A stretch of 64,000 nt of DNA from the human T2T-CHM13v2.0 reference genome, Homo sapiens, in the NCBI RefSeq assembly GCF_009914755.1, contig NC_060925.1; one strand, written 5' to 3'. Positions within the stretch are counted from its first letter, which is position 1; every line of letters begins with the position of its first letter. The notes under the pieces are model-generated. The model saw nothing but the letters and a program-made list of their open reading frames with translations, made no database searches and was not told where the DNA came from. Below, one piece after another: positions 1 through 17,121 of this stretch. The position numbers and the translations under genes were made by a program.

Positions 1-548
<548 letters not shown>

Positions 549-584
549 CAACTCTAACCTGAGCTATTTAGGATGGTCCATCTG

Positions 585-650
585 GGTCTAGTGGCCACCA
601 TATTGGACAGTGCAGGTATAAAACATTCCCTTCACCACAGAAAGTTCCGT
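585..650. mobile_element. MER3-like fragment
   Basis: ctagtggccaccatattggacagtgcag...cacagaaagttc. Confidence 0.55.
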
Positions 651-1018
651 GGGGTTCCAGAAGCTCCGAAGCCTCAGAGGAAGGTTTTCATTTCTCCAGC
701 CCAACCAAGAGCCAATCTATCAAATCCCCCTAGCAAATATTAAATAATCATCCTTATCACCAGTTAAAAGAAAGCATCATGGGTTCTCATCTGAAAATGC
801 CCCTCCGGGAGTAGAATTGGCTGTGATTGTTCAGAAACAAGACCAGCATGACAGCGAATGGAAACCTAGGCATAGAACAGTATTAGAAGAAAAAATAAAA
901 CGTGGAGAGGGAACGTGGAGGGGCTTTTATTTATAGTAATGCTAAATAAGAAAGTTGGAAGTCTTCCTACATGTGACCCGATATTTGAGATGAAAAATGT
1001 AAATTCTATCTCTGCTGA

Positions 1019-1297
<279 letters not shown>

Positions 1298-1461
1298 TAG
1301 TCAGAGCAGTGGACCCCAGACTCCGGCTCACTTTGGGGACTGACCAGTTTGCCAGGACTACCATGTTTTATCTGCATCATCCCAGAACTTGGAGGACATT
1401 GTAATACACAAAAAGATGGGCAGACCATGATCTCAGAGTCAAGTGCAGGCCTTGATATTAA

Positions 1462-1806
<345 letters not shown>

Positions 1807-2230
1807 ACTTTTTCTTATTTCATGGTGGCTGGGTGAGAACTTTGTCATGGATGAATACTGTCTAAGGATCAATGTTGGAGAACCACTTACAGTACCCCCT
1901 TTAGAGGGGGTAGAACTCCCCTAAGACTTGGGGCCCACTGCAGGCTGGGGCACTGGTCTAGGACCTGGAAGCCTGGGTTCAAGTTCCGTCTTGGTTCCAT
2001 GGCTGAAGGACCTTAGCAAAGTCCACCCTCAATGGTCTCGGCGCTGATACCTGTGTGGCTGCAGCCTCCTATGAGCCGGGTGACCTTGGCCAGGTCATTT
2101 AATCTCTCTAGGACTGTGTCCTCATCTGCCACGGGAGGTCGTAAGGATTAAAACAGGCCTGTGTAAGTGTCCTGTAAATAGTTGCTATGGTTATTACATG
2201 AAACAACTTCTTCCTGAGCCTTTCTTTTGA

Positions 2231-2620
<390 letters not shown>

Positions 2621-2662
2621 TGAAGCATGGCGGGCCCCCTTTCCAGATCATGTATGATATTC

Positions 2663-2696
2663 TTTATTTTATTTTTTATTTTTATTTATTTTTATT

Positions 2697-2731
<35 letters not shown>

Positions 2732-3031
2732 TTTTTTTATTTATTTTTTGAGACAGAGTCTCGCTCTGTCACCCAGGCTGGAGTGCAGTGGCACTATCTT
2801 GGCTCACTGCAAGCTCCGCCTCCCAAGTTCATGCCATTCTCCTGCCTCAGCCTCCTGAGCAGCTGGGACTACAGGCACCCGCCACCACACCCGGCTAATT
2901 TTTTTGTATTTTTAGTAGAGACAGGGTTTCACCTTGTTAGCCAGGATGGTCTTGATCTCCTGACCTCATGATCCGCCCGCCTCGGCCTCCCAAAGTGCTG
3001 GGATGACAGGCGTGAGCCACTGTGCCCGGCC
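2663..3031 (-). mobile_element. AluY-like element with (TTTA)n tail
   Basis: gcaagctccgcc and gttagccaggatgg diagnostics; degenerate TSD gatca...tgatattct. Confidence 0.9.
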
Positions 3032-3395
3032 GATCACGGGTGATATTCTGCAGAACATGTTCAGCAGGCTAATAGATCATGTTATGCCATGAGTTTGCCT
3101 AAAGTTTGCTTTTCGCTGTTACCTGAAAAACACAACCACATAAAAGGCAGGAGAAGGGATCCGTGATTCAGAGCACACAAGTTCCTAGAGTCAGAGGGAC
3201 CTGTGTCCAGATCCGAGCTCTGCGAGCTGTGTGACCTTGGGCAAGGCTCTTGACCTTTCTGGGACTCCATTTCCCAGCTGTAAAATGATGACAAAAATAC
3301 TGAAGGAGATAATTCTGGAAAGCGCTTAGCCTAGTGCCTGGCTCAGAGGAAAAACTTAATAAATGATAGATGTTATTATTAAAATTATTTAAATA

Positions 3396-4960
3396 GGCCA
3401 GGTGTGGTGGCTCACGCCCATCATCCCACCACTTTGTGAGGCCAAGAGAAGGGTATCGCTTGAGGTCAGGAGCTTGAGACCAGCCTGGGAAACATAGCGA
3501 GACCCCATCTCTACAAAAAAATTAAAAATAACGCTAGTCAGGCATGGAGCCAGGTACCTGCAGTCCTGGCTAGTCAGGAGGCTGACATGGGAAGATCACT
3601 TGAGCTCAGGAGTTTGAGGCTACAGTGAGCTATGATCGTGCCACTGCTCTCCAGCAGGGACAACAGGATTTCCAGAAGTGATTTGATTGTGCAGTTGAAG
3701 GTGCCTTTTTACCCTAAATGGATGTTTGGGCATTTGATGGACACGTGACAGGTCAGCATCTGTCACAGGACCCGCCGAGGGCACGTGTGCTGCCGCAGCT
3801 GGATCCACACCACACAGGCTTCTAGAAGAAATAATGAGGCTATCCTACATTCTCTTGGCAGTTTTTCTGGACATTTGCCAGAGTCCAGGAAGAGGGTCTT
3901 TGGAAATGAGCTGGTTTTCTAGAGAAAATCAAACCCTACTTCCCTGAGGGTGGGAGTGGAGGGACAGCCTCCAGGTTGAGATCAGTTTGATTCCCAGCCT
4001 GACCCGCTCCCAAGACAGGCCTTCCCCTTGGCAGTGCTCCAGTCCCACCACAGACTGACCCGCTCCCAAGACGGGCCTTCCCCTCCACAGGGCCTCAGTG
4101 CCACCACAGACACCATGCAGCAGGAAACCTCTCCACTCTCTCAGAAGTCCTCAATCTTCCGACACAACACTGGCAGCAATTCAAATTAAGATAAAGGGGC
4201 CAAGCACAGTGGCTCATGCCTGTAATCCCAGCACTTTGGGAGGCCAAGGCGGGCAGATCACTTTGAGCTCAGGAGTTCGAGACCAGCCTGGGCAACATGG
4301 CGAGACCCTGTCTCTACAAAAAATTAGCCAGGCATTGGTGGCTCATGCCTGTAGTCCCAGCTACTCAGGAGGCTGAGGCTAGAGAATCACTTGAGCCCAG
4401 GAAGTGGAGGCTGCAGTGAGCCAAGATCACATGATTGCACTCTGGCCTGGGTGACAGAATGAGACTTTGTCTCAAAAAAAAAAAGAAAAGAAAAATGAAG
4501 AGAAGGAGCAGGAGGAAGAACAGCTGGCATTTACTGAGTGCTTACTGTGTACCAGGCATTGAGCAGAGCCCTTCACATGTGTTATTTCATTTAATCCACA
4601 CAGCAGCCTGGGTCAGTTACCATTGTTATCCCCGTTTTACAGATAAGAAATATGAAGACTTCAGGCCAGGCACGGTGGCTCACGCCTGTAATCCCAACAC
4701 TTTGGGAGGCTGAGGCAGGCAGATCACTTGAGGCTAGAAGTTTGAGACCAGCCTGGCCAACATGGCAATACCCCGTCTCTGCTAAAAATACAAAACTTAG
4801 CCAGGCATGGTGGTGCACATCCGTGCTCAGGCACGAGAATCACTTGAACCCGGGAGGCAGAGGTTGCAGTGAACCAACATCGCACCACTGCACTCCAGCC
4901 TGGGCGAAAGAGTGAAACTCCGTCAAAAAAAAAAGAAAAGAAGAGAAAGGAAAAGAAAAA
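3396..4960 (+). mobile_element. Three Alus (3396-3666, 4197-4495, 4664-4960) among MIR/L2 fragments
   Basis: Alu consensus; MIR motifs such as ttttacagataagaaa and cccaaggtcaca. Confidence 0.85.
3999..4110. repeat. 56-bp tandem duplication, two copies
   Basis: ctgacccgctcccaagac(a/g)ggccttcccct...ccaccacaga at 3999 and 4055. Confidence 0.9.
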
Positions 4961-5659
4961 TTAAGGCTTCAGAAGGTCAAGCACTTCACCCAAGGTCACA
5001 AAGATAATGAATGACAGAGCCAGGACTGTGTCCCTGGAGGTCCGCCTCTTGCAGCCTGCTGGTCTGCAGAGAAGGAGATGGGGATGGTGTGATCGAACCT
5101 GCAGCCTGGACTCTTCCTTAGGTCACCCTCCCTCCGGACTCCTGCAAGCTGCAGGAAAAGAGAGGGGATTCTGAAGGGGAGTGCAGAGGATGCAGTTGAG
5201 GGAGCTGGAGACACCAAGCTGCGTTTTAGGTTCTTTTTGTAGCAAAACTGCCCAATTTATTGTCATCTTTAAATACCTGCTTTATTCTCATCTCATAGAT
5301 AGATAAATGTGTCCACTCTTAATATAGACAAATATGTCACACTTACCTATCACAGTCACCTTCAGGCTTTTAGATTTTTGTGAATGGGTTTTTTGTTTTT
5401 ATTTTTGTTTTTTTTAATCTCCCAGGTTTACAGTATAGAGCCGGTAAATGCTGCAAGCTGACATGCTCTTGGTGTTCGTGGCGAGCACTTAAAACCCAAT
5501 TTAGTTGTGAGGGGATGTATGGGGGTTGTCCGTGGCCTCCAGACTCCCCGCTTGGCCTGGTGGCTTTTCTATGCCTTTGGCTGGGGCTTTCAGCAAGCAG
5601 CCGGCTGAGCAGGGTCTTAGCAGGTGCACAGCTGTCTCCTCTCTGGAAAGGGTCTGAAG

Positions 5660-6618
5660 TGAAGGGGTGGGTTGCCCTCCACACCTGTGGGTGTTTCTCG
5701 TAAGGTGGAACGAGAGACTTGGAAAAGAAAAAGACACAGAGACAAAGTATAGAGAAAGAAATAAGGGGGCCCGGGGAACCAGCGTTCAGCATATGGAGGA
5801 TCCCGCCAGCCTCTGAGTTCCCTTAGTATTTATTGATCATTCGTGGGTGTTTCTCCGAGAGGGGGATGTGTCAGGGTCACAAGACAATTGTGGGGAGAGG
5901 GTCAGCAGACAAACACGTGAGCAAAGGTCTTTGCATCATAGACAAGGTAAAGGATTAAGTGCTGTGCTTTTAGATATGCATACACACAAACATCTCAATG
6001 CTTTACAAAGCAGTATTGCTGCCTGCATGTCCCATCTCCAGCCCTAAGGCGGTTTTTCCCTATCTCAGTAGATGGAACGTACAATCGGGTTTTATACCGA
6101 GACATTCCATTGCCCAGGGACGGGCAGGAGACAGATGCCTTCCTGTTGTCTCAACTGCAAGAGGCATGCCTTCCTCTTATACTAATCCTCCTCAGCACAG
6201 ACCCTTTACGGGTGTCTGGCTGGGGGACGGTCAGGTCTTTCCCTTCCCACGAGGCCATATTTCAGACTTTCACATGGGGAGAAACCTTGGACAATACCTG
6301 GCTTTCCTAGGCAGAGGTCCATGCGGCTTCCGCAGTGTTTGTGTCCCTGGGTACTTGAGATTAGGGAGTGGTGATGACTCTTAAGGAGCATGCTGCCTTC
6401 AAGCATCTGTTTAACAAAGCACATCTTGCACAACCCTTAATCCATTTAACCCTGAGTTTGACACAGCACATGTTTCAGAGAGCACGGGGTTGGGGGTAAG
6501 GTCACAGAATCTCAAGGCAGAAGAATTTGTCTTAGTACAGAACGAAATGGAGTCTCCCATGTCTACTTCTTTCTACACAGACACAGTAACAATCTGATCT
6601 CTCTTGCTTTTCCCCACA
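5660..6618 (-). mobile_element. Solo HERV-K(HML-2) LTR, LTR5_Hs-like, full length (959 bp)
   Basis: Reverse complement begins TGTGGGGAAAAGCAAGAGAGATCAG and ends CCCACCCCTTCA; 6-bp TSD CTGAAG (5654-5659, 6619-6624); TATAAAA (6090-6096) and AATAAA (5829-5834) on the minus strand. Confidence 0.95.
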
Positions 6619-6861
6619 CTGAAGTGATGCTCACCCACCATCTGCATCATCTCTGGAAAGGGTCGGAAGTGAGCGTCCAGTTTCCGCTGCGTGAAAATGG
6701 CATTCCTTTAATAAAAGGAGGGGGGATGTTTTCTATTTAACCTGCATTCATTCATTTGACAAACATGCCCACTCTGTGCCAGGTGCCATGCTGGGCACAA
6801 GGAGGGGGAGAGTGAGCAAACAGCAACACCATCCCTGCTTCTATGGCACTCTCCTCTGGAC

Positions 6862-7076
6862 CAGTGTTTCCAGGCCTTAGCACTGTTGATATTTTAGGGC
6901 CCCACAATCTGGCGTGGTTTGTGGGGGCATGTGTGGATGTCTAGTAGCGTCTTTGCTCTCTACCCCCTAGATGCTAGTAGCACTCCCCGCCTGCAGTTGT
7001 GACAATCAAAAATGTGTCCAAACACTGCCAAATGGCCCAGGGGAGGGGACAAAACCACCCCAATTGAGAACCACTG
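6862..7076 (-). mobile_element. MER20 DNA transposon
   Basis: Ends ttgagaaccactg; internal ctagatgctagtagca...gttgtgacaatcaaaaatgt. Confidence 0.75.
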
Positions 7077-7336
7077 TTCTAGAGGGAAGACAGGCGGTGA
7101 TCAAAGAACAAGACAAGTGATGTATAATTACAGAGACTTCAAAGACAGAGTCATTCTCTGAAGGGTGGGAATACAATTATAAGAAAGCAGTTGACAAAGG
7201 AATCAGACGGAATGATCAGGACGCGGACTGAAAATCAACTCTCTTGAGTTAATCTTCGGTAATCACACAGTGCTTTAGCTTCCAGTCATAGAAAGTCATA
7301 ATGGAATGTCAAGAGAGGCCTTTCATTTCTTTCTGA

Positions 7337-7510
<174 letters not shown>

Positions 7511-7872
7511 TAGTTTAAATATCAACCTCACATGCCTATTTAGTTACTCTAATAACTCTGCAGGACCTACCTACTATCCCAGCATGGGTCAGGAATCACA
7601 TAGCCAAATTCCTTGAAAAACTGGGTGGTTAGAATGAAGTGTTTATATCTGTTGTCATTTTTCACCCCCGGTTCTCAAAAAAGGCATAGCGTAAATGGAT
7701 GTGGGAGAAAGGAAAGTCATGCTGAAAGCCCCAGTTGCACATCCTTTCAAAGCATGTGCGTGTTCTCTGCAATTGCAGAAAGTGAATGAAACAGAATTAG
7801 ACATTGGCCTCCTTAAAGCGGCCACCAGCGGCCGCGGGTAATGCCTCTTATGCGCGAACGTTTTCCTTGTAG

Positions 7873-8148
<276 letters not shown>

Positions 8149-8634
8149 TAAACTCAGGCTAGCAGCAGACCTCTAGGCCTGGGACAGGAGGACAGAGACC
8201 CACGTGTGGAATACCTGCAATGTCAGAAGGGGACCAGGGAGGGCACTGACTAGGCCTGGTAGAGGGAATTCTGTCCCCGAGATCACGGCTGCAGAAGTGC
8301 ACGGTTTCCCCATTCTGTGAACTATTTTCTGTGCAAGCTGCACCTCTTGCGACCCTTGACTTATGGTTTCCCAGTTGTGTAGCATTGACAGCTCCGTCAT
8401 ATTTTCAAGAGTCGCAGTTCCCCACTCCCCAGGAAGTCAGGAGGGGCTGGTAGCACATCCTTTATCCCCTCCCGCTACACACATTCGGCTGATGAATGGC
8501 TCGTTCTGCTCTCTGTACCCCAAATCTTCGTCATGCTCTCCTGCTTGTGATGACACTCCTGAGTGAGCCCCCACTGTGGATGTATTTTGAGAGACTTCCG
8601 GGTCTGGCACATTGATGATGATTGGGAAAGATAA

Positions 8635-8988
<354 letters not shown>

Positions 8989-10603
8989 TAGATTTAGACC
9001 AGAGCTCAACCACTTGCTATGTGACCTTAGATAGGTTTCTTAACCTCTCTGAGACTCATGGTGCTCATCTGTATTTTTTTTAATGGTGGTTGTTATTCAT
9101 ATTTATATCAATCTGCCAGGTGCTAGGGATACATAAGCTCTCAGAGAGTGGAGATTTGGATTCACTATTCTGAGTGCCTGGCACGCGGTAGACACCCAGT
9201 AAATATTTGGTGAACGGATGGGTGGAAGGACAGACAGGTTGATGGACAGATGGAAGAATAGATGGACTGAGGAGTATACAGGTGGATGGGCAGATGGATG
9301 TCCTTGAAGAACATATCCCTTAGTGTGGAACAGAGAGCTGACTTCAGGTGGATTTCATAGCTGAAGGCTGTCGAGGCTGTGCAGTCCAGGAAGGGCACTC
9401 AGCCTGGTTAGAACATGCAGCGAGGGCCTGCCAAAGCCACAATGCCGCCAGTGACCGCAAAGGAGAGCTGGAGTTTGTCCACCAAAGGGATGAGAGGGTG
9501 GACATTCCCGGCTGAAGGAGCCGCAGAGGAAAGGTGTGAGGATGAGATTTGCTCCCTGGCACAGAGTTGGAAATAACACTGGCTTGAGAAACCGAGATTC
9601 CAGTCTCAGGCTGGTGACCCAGCGAAAATGGGTCCCCCTCCCACCACACACACACACGCGCACGCGCACACACTCTGGTATCTCATCTGTAGCATGGTAC
9701 AGGAGTCAGCCGGTCCTGGGCTCAAATCCCCGCACTTATTAACTGTGCGACCTTGTGCAGATCTCTTTGCCTCTCTGAGCCTTGCTTTCCTCATTAGTAG
9801 ATGGGAGCTTCCAGCCCCTGCCTCGCAGACAGATGGTGAGGATGAAAGAATGCAGGCATCCCTCGCTATCTGCTGTCCACTCTCGCTGTCGTCATACCTC
9901 AGGAGCCAAGTGCTTTTGGATGGTGAGGGTGCTTGTCCCGTCTCTGAAGCACCTGCCCAGGGCCTGGCACCAGCCGGCGGACACTGCCTTCCCCATGCTG
10001 CCCATGACCCATGCTGCCCGTGACCCATGCAGGTGGTCTCCTGGGTGAGTCCTGCCTCAGACCCGGTAGGGTCTACACACTGGAAAGTTTCCCCAAAGCA
10101 AGTCACACATGAGCAGCACCCGGGCGGCTTCCAAAGCTCCCTGAAAGCTGGCAGAGGGGCTTTCCTGTCTGCTTTGCAGTTGACATATTCATCATCCACT
10201 CCTGCAGTCCACAAGGCACTGGAACAGTGACCTCTAAATAGAGCCAGACTCTCCCTTTCCTTCACTCTTGCCTAAGGTGGAGCAGATCCCAAGGCTGGGG
10301 TTAGGCAAGTCAGGGAAAGAACCACAGTCACTGTTTCTTCATGACCGTCTCCAGGCCAGGGACTGGGCTCACCTGAGCTTTGCAGCCGTGATAGGGCTTA
10401 TTAATGCCTCTAATAGCCCTGCCTGGTACGATGATCCCTATTTTACAGATGAGGAAACTGCGCCTCAGAGAGTTAAGAGGCGCCCAAGTGCACACAGCGG
10501 CTGGTAAGGACAGCTGGGACCTGACCCCAGATCCCTCTGACCCTGGTTCTCCTGCTGTCTGCAGGGTTGGCCGTGAGTCCCCTCCTTGTAACTGTCAGCT
10601 TTT

Positions 10604-10722
10604 ATGTGTGTGTGCATTCTCGTGTGTGTGTACATTCTCATGTGTGTGTGTGTGTGCACATGTGTACCATGTGCATGAGGGTTTGGCTGTGTGTGACACT
10701 ATGTGTGTGTGTTTGTGTGTGT
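10604..10722. repeat. Degenerate (TG)n tract
   Basis: Interrupted tgtgtg runs. Confidence 0.8.
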
Positions 10723-12145
10723 TGCCTGCCTGAGCTCAGAGAGAGCCAAACCCCCAGAGAAGGGTGCCCCCTCCACCAACCAGGTGAGCTCCTTGCAGAG
10801 GCCTGGCCTTCATCCCACAAACCTTGCAGACCACAGGCTCCCTGGCTTGCAGCCCCCAAAAATGAAGGCAGCGCTCTGCTCTGGACGTGGCCTTTCCAGC
10901 ACTCACCACTCTGAATTAAACATCACAGGCCCCCATCTGCACATGTCGTGGGGCTGCCTCGGGCAGAGGACCGTTTCCTTTTACGCTGTGCCATGCCAGG
11001 GAGATCTGGGCAGCAGCAGAGTCCTGAGATGTCCTTTGATGTACCCACAGGAGAGTTCGCTCCTTCCCGAGGCAGTGTCCCCCAGGGCTTGGCAGGCCAG
11101 GCCCACAGCAGAGACACCAAACCACAGAATGGGACGGCAGAGGGCCCTAAAAAGCCCATTGTCATGCACTGGCTGAAAATGAAAGAAAACCTGCAGATTT
11201 ACATAATCAGTCCACATGCATTATTCATGGCCTCCCTAGGCACACACAATGCGGGCTGGCCAGCCTTCCACCGAGCGGGAGGAGGAAGGTCCGAAGCGGC
11301 CAAGCCAAACCTGTGTCAGCGTCCCCAGCTGGAGCTGGGAACTTTCAAATTCATGGAATTCACAACGTAGGGAAAGATTTGATAGGAAGTAGAGCCACGA
11401 TCACAGCAAGGCTGATGGTATTATGTAAGGAGCACTTGCTGTCAGATGCACCCCACAGGGCACGGCCCACCCTCACCTCACATCAGCCTGCGAGGAGGGC
11501 TGCCGGGCATCTGCCCGCTGAGAGGGGAAACTGAGGAGGTCGGAGGGCAGTGTCACCGGGCTACTCAGCTACAGAAACGGGACCTCAGCGACCTCCGATC
11601 CCGGCCCTCCCAGCCCATCCACTCATCCCCCCTATTCCTTTCCAGGATGCACCCCGCCTACTCCATCACCATTTCTCTCGGGGTTCATCCCCAGGCTCAG
11701 TTTGCATTTAAGGTTTGTGACTAACATGTCATCAGAAACTCCTGTTTGTCAAGGGAAAAAGGGGGAAAATCTTTTTTTTTTTTTTTGCTTGCTGTTCAAG
11801 AATTTGACAACATCAGAGAAAACAGTTTTTTTTCAGTGGTGCAAGACTCGAAAGGGAACCTGTATACATCTGTTTAGGCAGCAGCTGCTCCCTAGGAGAG
11901 GAAAGTAGAATTCCTTTAAGTTTCACACCTAACATTTTCACAAAGAGTCGATTTTTTTCCACGTCTCCTGTATAAAATCTCAGTGCCCCTTCATAAAGAT
12001 GGAACAGTTGAGGCTCTGGGAAACGAAATTACTCACCTTGAGTTTCAGAACTATCCGCCCCTGACACACAGACAACCACTGTAGTTTTAACACTTGAACA
12101 TCTCTTCACGGAGCAGAACTTCCCAGAGTCCAAAGTCATACTTCC

Positions 12146-12434
12146 AGCTGGGCAGGGTAGCTCACGTCTGTAATATCAGAACTTTGGGAGGCTGATGCAG
12201 GAGGATCACTTGAGACCAGCCTGGGCAACATAGCAAGACACCACCTCTAAAAATAAAAATAAACAAATTAGCCAGGTATGGCACCACACACCTGTAATCT
12301 CAGCTACTTGGGAGGCTAAGGCAGGAGGATCAATTGAGCCTAGTAGTTTGGGGCTGCAGTAAGCTATGATCGCACCACTGCCCTCCAGCCTGGGCAACAC
12401 AGCAAGACCTTGTCTCTTTTAAAACAGAAAAAAA
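12146..12434 (+). mobile_element. Alu (J-type)
   Basis: Alu consensus. Confidence 0.88.
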
Positions 12435-13211
12435 GGCATAGTTCTATACTAATACCTCTGGCTGTGCAAATCAGACCTGACATAAAATGTTGGGGAAAAC
12501 CTCAGTGCTGGTCATTCACAGAGAACCTCGTGGTCATCAGCCTCCTGACTCTGGGATGCCCTGGGTCCACAGCTCCCTGCAGTGACAGTGTGACAGTGAC
12601 AATGGCCCAGGCTGTGCCCAATCTAGTCCACTTCCCACATCACTAAACAAGGCAGCAGAGTTTCTCCGAGATAAGAGGCAGACTTGGAGTCCAACAGATA
12701 GGGCTTAGGGTTCAAGCCCACCTCTGTCCCTGAGTGAGCCTCAGTAGGTGACTTTACCTCTGTCGCAGGTTTCTCAACAACAGCACCAATAACGGTAACA
12801 ACAGGACCTGCTTCGTGGGGTGGTTAAATGGTGTGATGCCAGCAGAGCCTGTCACAGAGCAAGCTCAGTTACTCGGTTACTGTGGGGAAGAGAAAAGGCC
12901 ACTCGGGGGCGGGGGCAGTGCCTGCATCGCTTTCAATGAGCTTCCTGCCCGCTGGCGAGTCCTGCAGACTCCGAGACTTTTTCCCGGGTCCTCCTAGAGC
13001 CGGCAGCGCCTTTGTAAAGCTGTCTTTTCTCTTTAGTGAATACAGCTAGGGCTACAGCCAAGAAACAGCTGACACTTTTCGTGAATGGGCTAAGACTGGG
13101 ATTTTCAGTAGGAACATTTTAAATGCACAGAAGTTGCCCTTGGAGAAGGATGCAAGCCCGTTCTTCGGCCTTTGTTAGGACTTGAGTGTGAGAACCACTG
13201 AAATGCACTAG

Positions 13212-13990
<779 letters not shown>

Positions 13991-14108
13991 TGAGAATGGG
14001 ATGGGGGTTTGGGGGTGGTAACCACGCGCCCTCACCAGAATGGAAAAGTAAAATGTGGCTAGAGTGGTGCAGTGTATGGATAGAAGATGGCTCAAGAAAA
14101 AGACACCA

Positions 14109-14542
14109 GGCTGGGTGCGGTGGCTCACGCCTGTAATCCTAACACTTTGGGAGGCCGAGGCAGAAGGATGACTTGAGGCCAGGAGTTTGAGACCAGCCTG
14201 GGCAACATAGCACGACCCCCATCTCTACAAAAAACAAAAAAATTAGCTGGGTGTGGTGACTCACACCTGTAATCCCAGCACTTTGGGAGGGTGATGTAGG
14301 AGGATGGCTTGAGCCCATGAGTTGGTGACCAGCCTGGCAATATGGCAAAAACCCGTCTCTACTAAAAATTAAAAAAATTAGCTGGGTGTGGTGGCACACG
14401 CCCGTAGTCGCAGCTACTTGGGAGGCTGAGGTGGGAGGACCGCTTGAGCCTGAGAGGTCGAGGCTACAGTGAGCCATCGTCGTGCCACTGCACTCCAGCC
14501 TGTGTGACAGAGTGAGATCCTGTCTCGAATAAAAAAGAAAAA
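14109..14542 (+). mobile_element. Composite Alu (extra left arm plus full Alu)
   Basis: Three Alu monomers in tandem. Confidence 0.85.
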
Positions 14543-14692
14543 GACTCTCCCGCAGTGATCCCTTATCTTCTGCCCACCTATCTCAGTGAGTCCCAGCGTC
14601 TCCTAGAAACCTCAGAGGCCTGTCCCAGATTGGAACGGGTAAGGACACACTAAGGTTAGCACTCTCTTGCTAACCTGATACTTTTCACTCAG

Positions 14693-14773
14693 GAAAGTGT
14701 AGAGGAGCACGAACTGAGAAACGCAAAAGAATCGACACCTTGCAACTGTGCCTTCAAAGAGAAAGACAGGCAG
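14693..14773 (+). CDS. FHAD1: FHAD1 81-nt symmetric (cassette-type) exon ESVEEHELRNAKESTPCNCAFKEKDRQ
   Basis: Branch point ctaac (14670-14674), cttttcactcag acceptor, CAG|gtatgg donor; phase 0/0, no stop. Confidence 0.75.
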
Positions 14774-14881
14774 GTATGGGAGGTGTTCTGATGTTGCAGA
14801 CACAGAGTAGAGACAGTCTCAACTGGGGGTAAGAGCTCATGGCATGCAAATGCCTGCACGCGCTGCCCAAGGAGCACTGCA

Positions 14882-15108
14882 CACCTCCCTCCTTCCCTTC
14901 CCTCCCCAGCCTCTGCCCCTCGTCCCTCCCTCCCTCCTTCCCTTCCCTCCCCAGCCCCTGCCCCACCTCCCTCCCTCCCCTCCCCAGCCCCTGCCCCACC
15001 TCCCTCCCTCCCTCCCTCCTTCCCTTCCCTCCCCAGTCCCTGTCCAACCTCCCTCCCTCCCTCCCTCCCTCCCTCCCTCCCTTCCCTCCCCAGGCCCTGC
15101 CCCACCTG
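14882..15108. repeat. Polypyrimidine (CCCT)n-based minisatellite, about five units
   Basis: Units (ccct)n ccttcccttccctccccag cccctgccc. Confidence 0.9.
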
Positions 15109-15929
15109 CCTGCAGTTTGAACGGATGACCTAAGAGACAAGCACGCGTCCAGCCCCGTCTGTCCATTAAGGTGAGAAGGCAGAGGGGATATTCCAGCACA
15201 GCTTCAGCTCATGGAGCAGCCATCCTAGGCCACTAAGTAACTTGGGGACTTGGAGGCAAGGTCCTAAGAGAAGAAAGAAGGGAGGAGTGAGGAGCTTCAG
15301 GAATCCCTGTCCTAAGAATGAAATGAGGGGGGTGAAAGAAGGTGGGAGTGGCTACAAAACAGAGCCAGGAATGAGGATGAAAGTGCCTCGCATAAGCACT
15401 TCTACCCCCGCCAAGGGGAGCCCTGTTTTACTCCGACCTTCCTGGCAGCCAACGAGAAATGGGAAACCAACTTGGTCACAGTTCACAGTGTCCATGAGAT
15501 ACAATGGATGGATGCTCGTAAGTGCTCTTAGAACAAAGACCTTGCTGGACTTTCCCCCTAGAGGGGACGGTGTGTGACGTAAAGAGCAGCATCTTTAAGA
15601 ACAGCCTTCGTGGGGTGACATGGGCTGAGCCGTGGCTGAGAACAGCTCTTGAGACAGATCGATGTCATCACATCCCACTGAATCCAGTAAAGTTCAGTAA
15701 AGCAGATCTGTACGGGGCTGGGCTCTGCTCTCCAGTGCTCAGGTGTCCACTGAGCAGACTTAATCCAGGGATGGATTGTGGAGCAGTGTTCCACCTGGGA
15801 TTCCTGGAGCCCTTGTGCCCCGTGGAAGGGTATGAGTCCCAACATCCTCACATCTTGTTTCCACCAGAGCAGATGTTTTACATACCAAGTTCCTCAAAGG
15901 ATTTTGTGTGGGTAAAGAATCCTACTGGT

Positions 15930-17121
<1,192 letters not shown>

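Noticed and set aside
2181-2194. X-box-like GTTGCTATGGTTAT
   Set aside because: Right half is imperfect and it sits at a MIR 3' end, where such sequence is common.
5847-6433. ORFs inside the HERV-K LTR
   Set aside because: Solo LTR with no gag, pol or env sequence; incidental frames.
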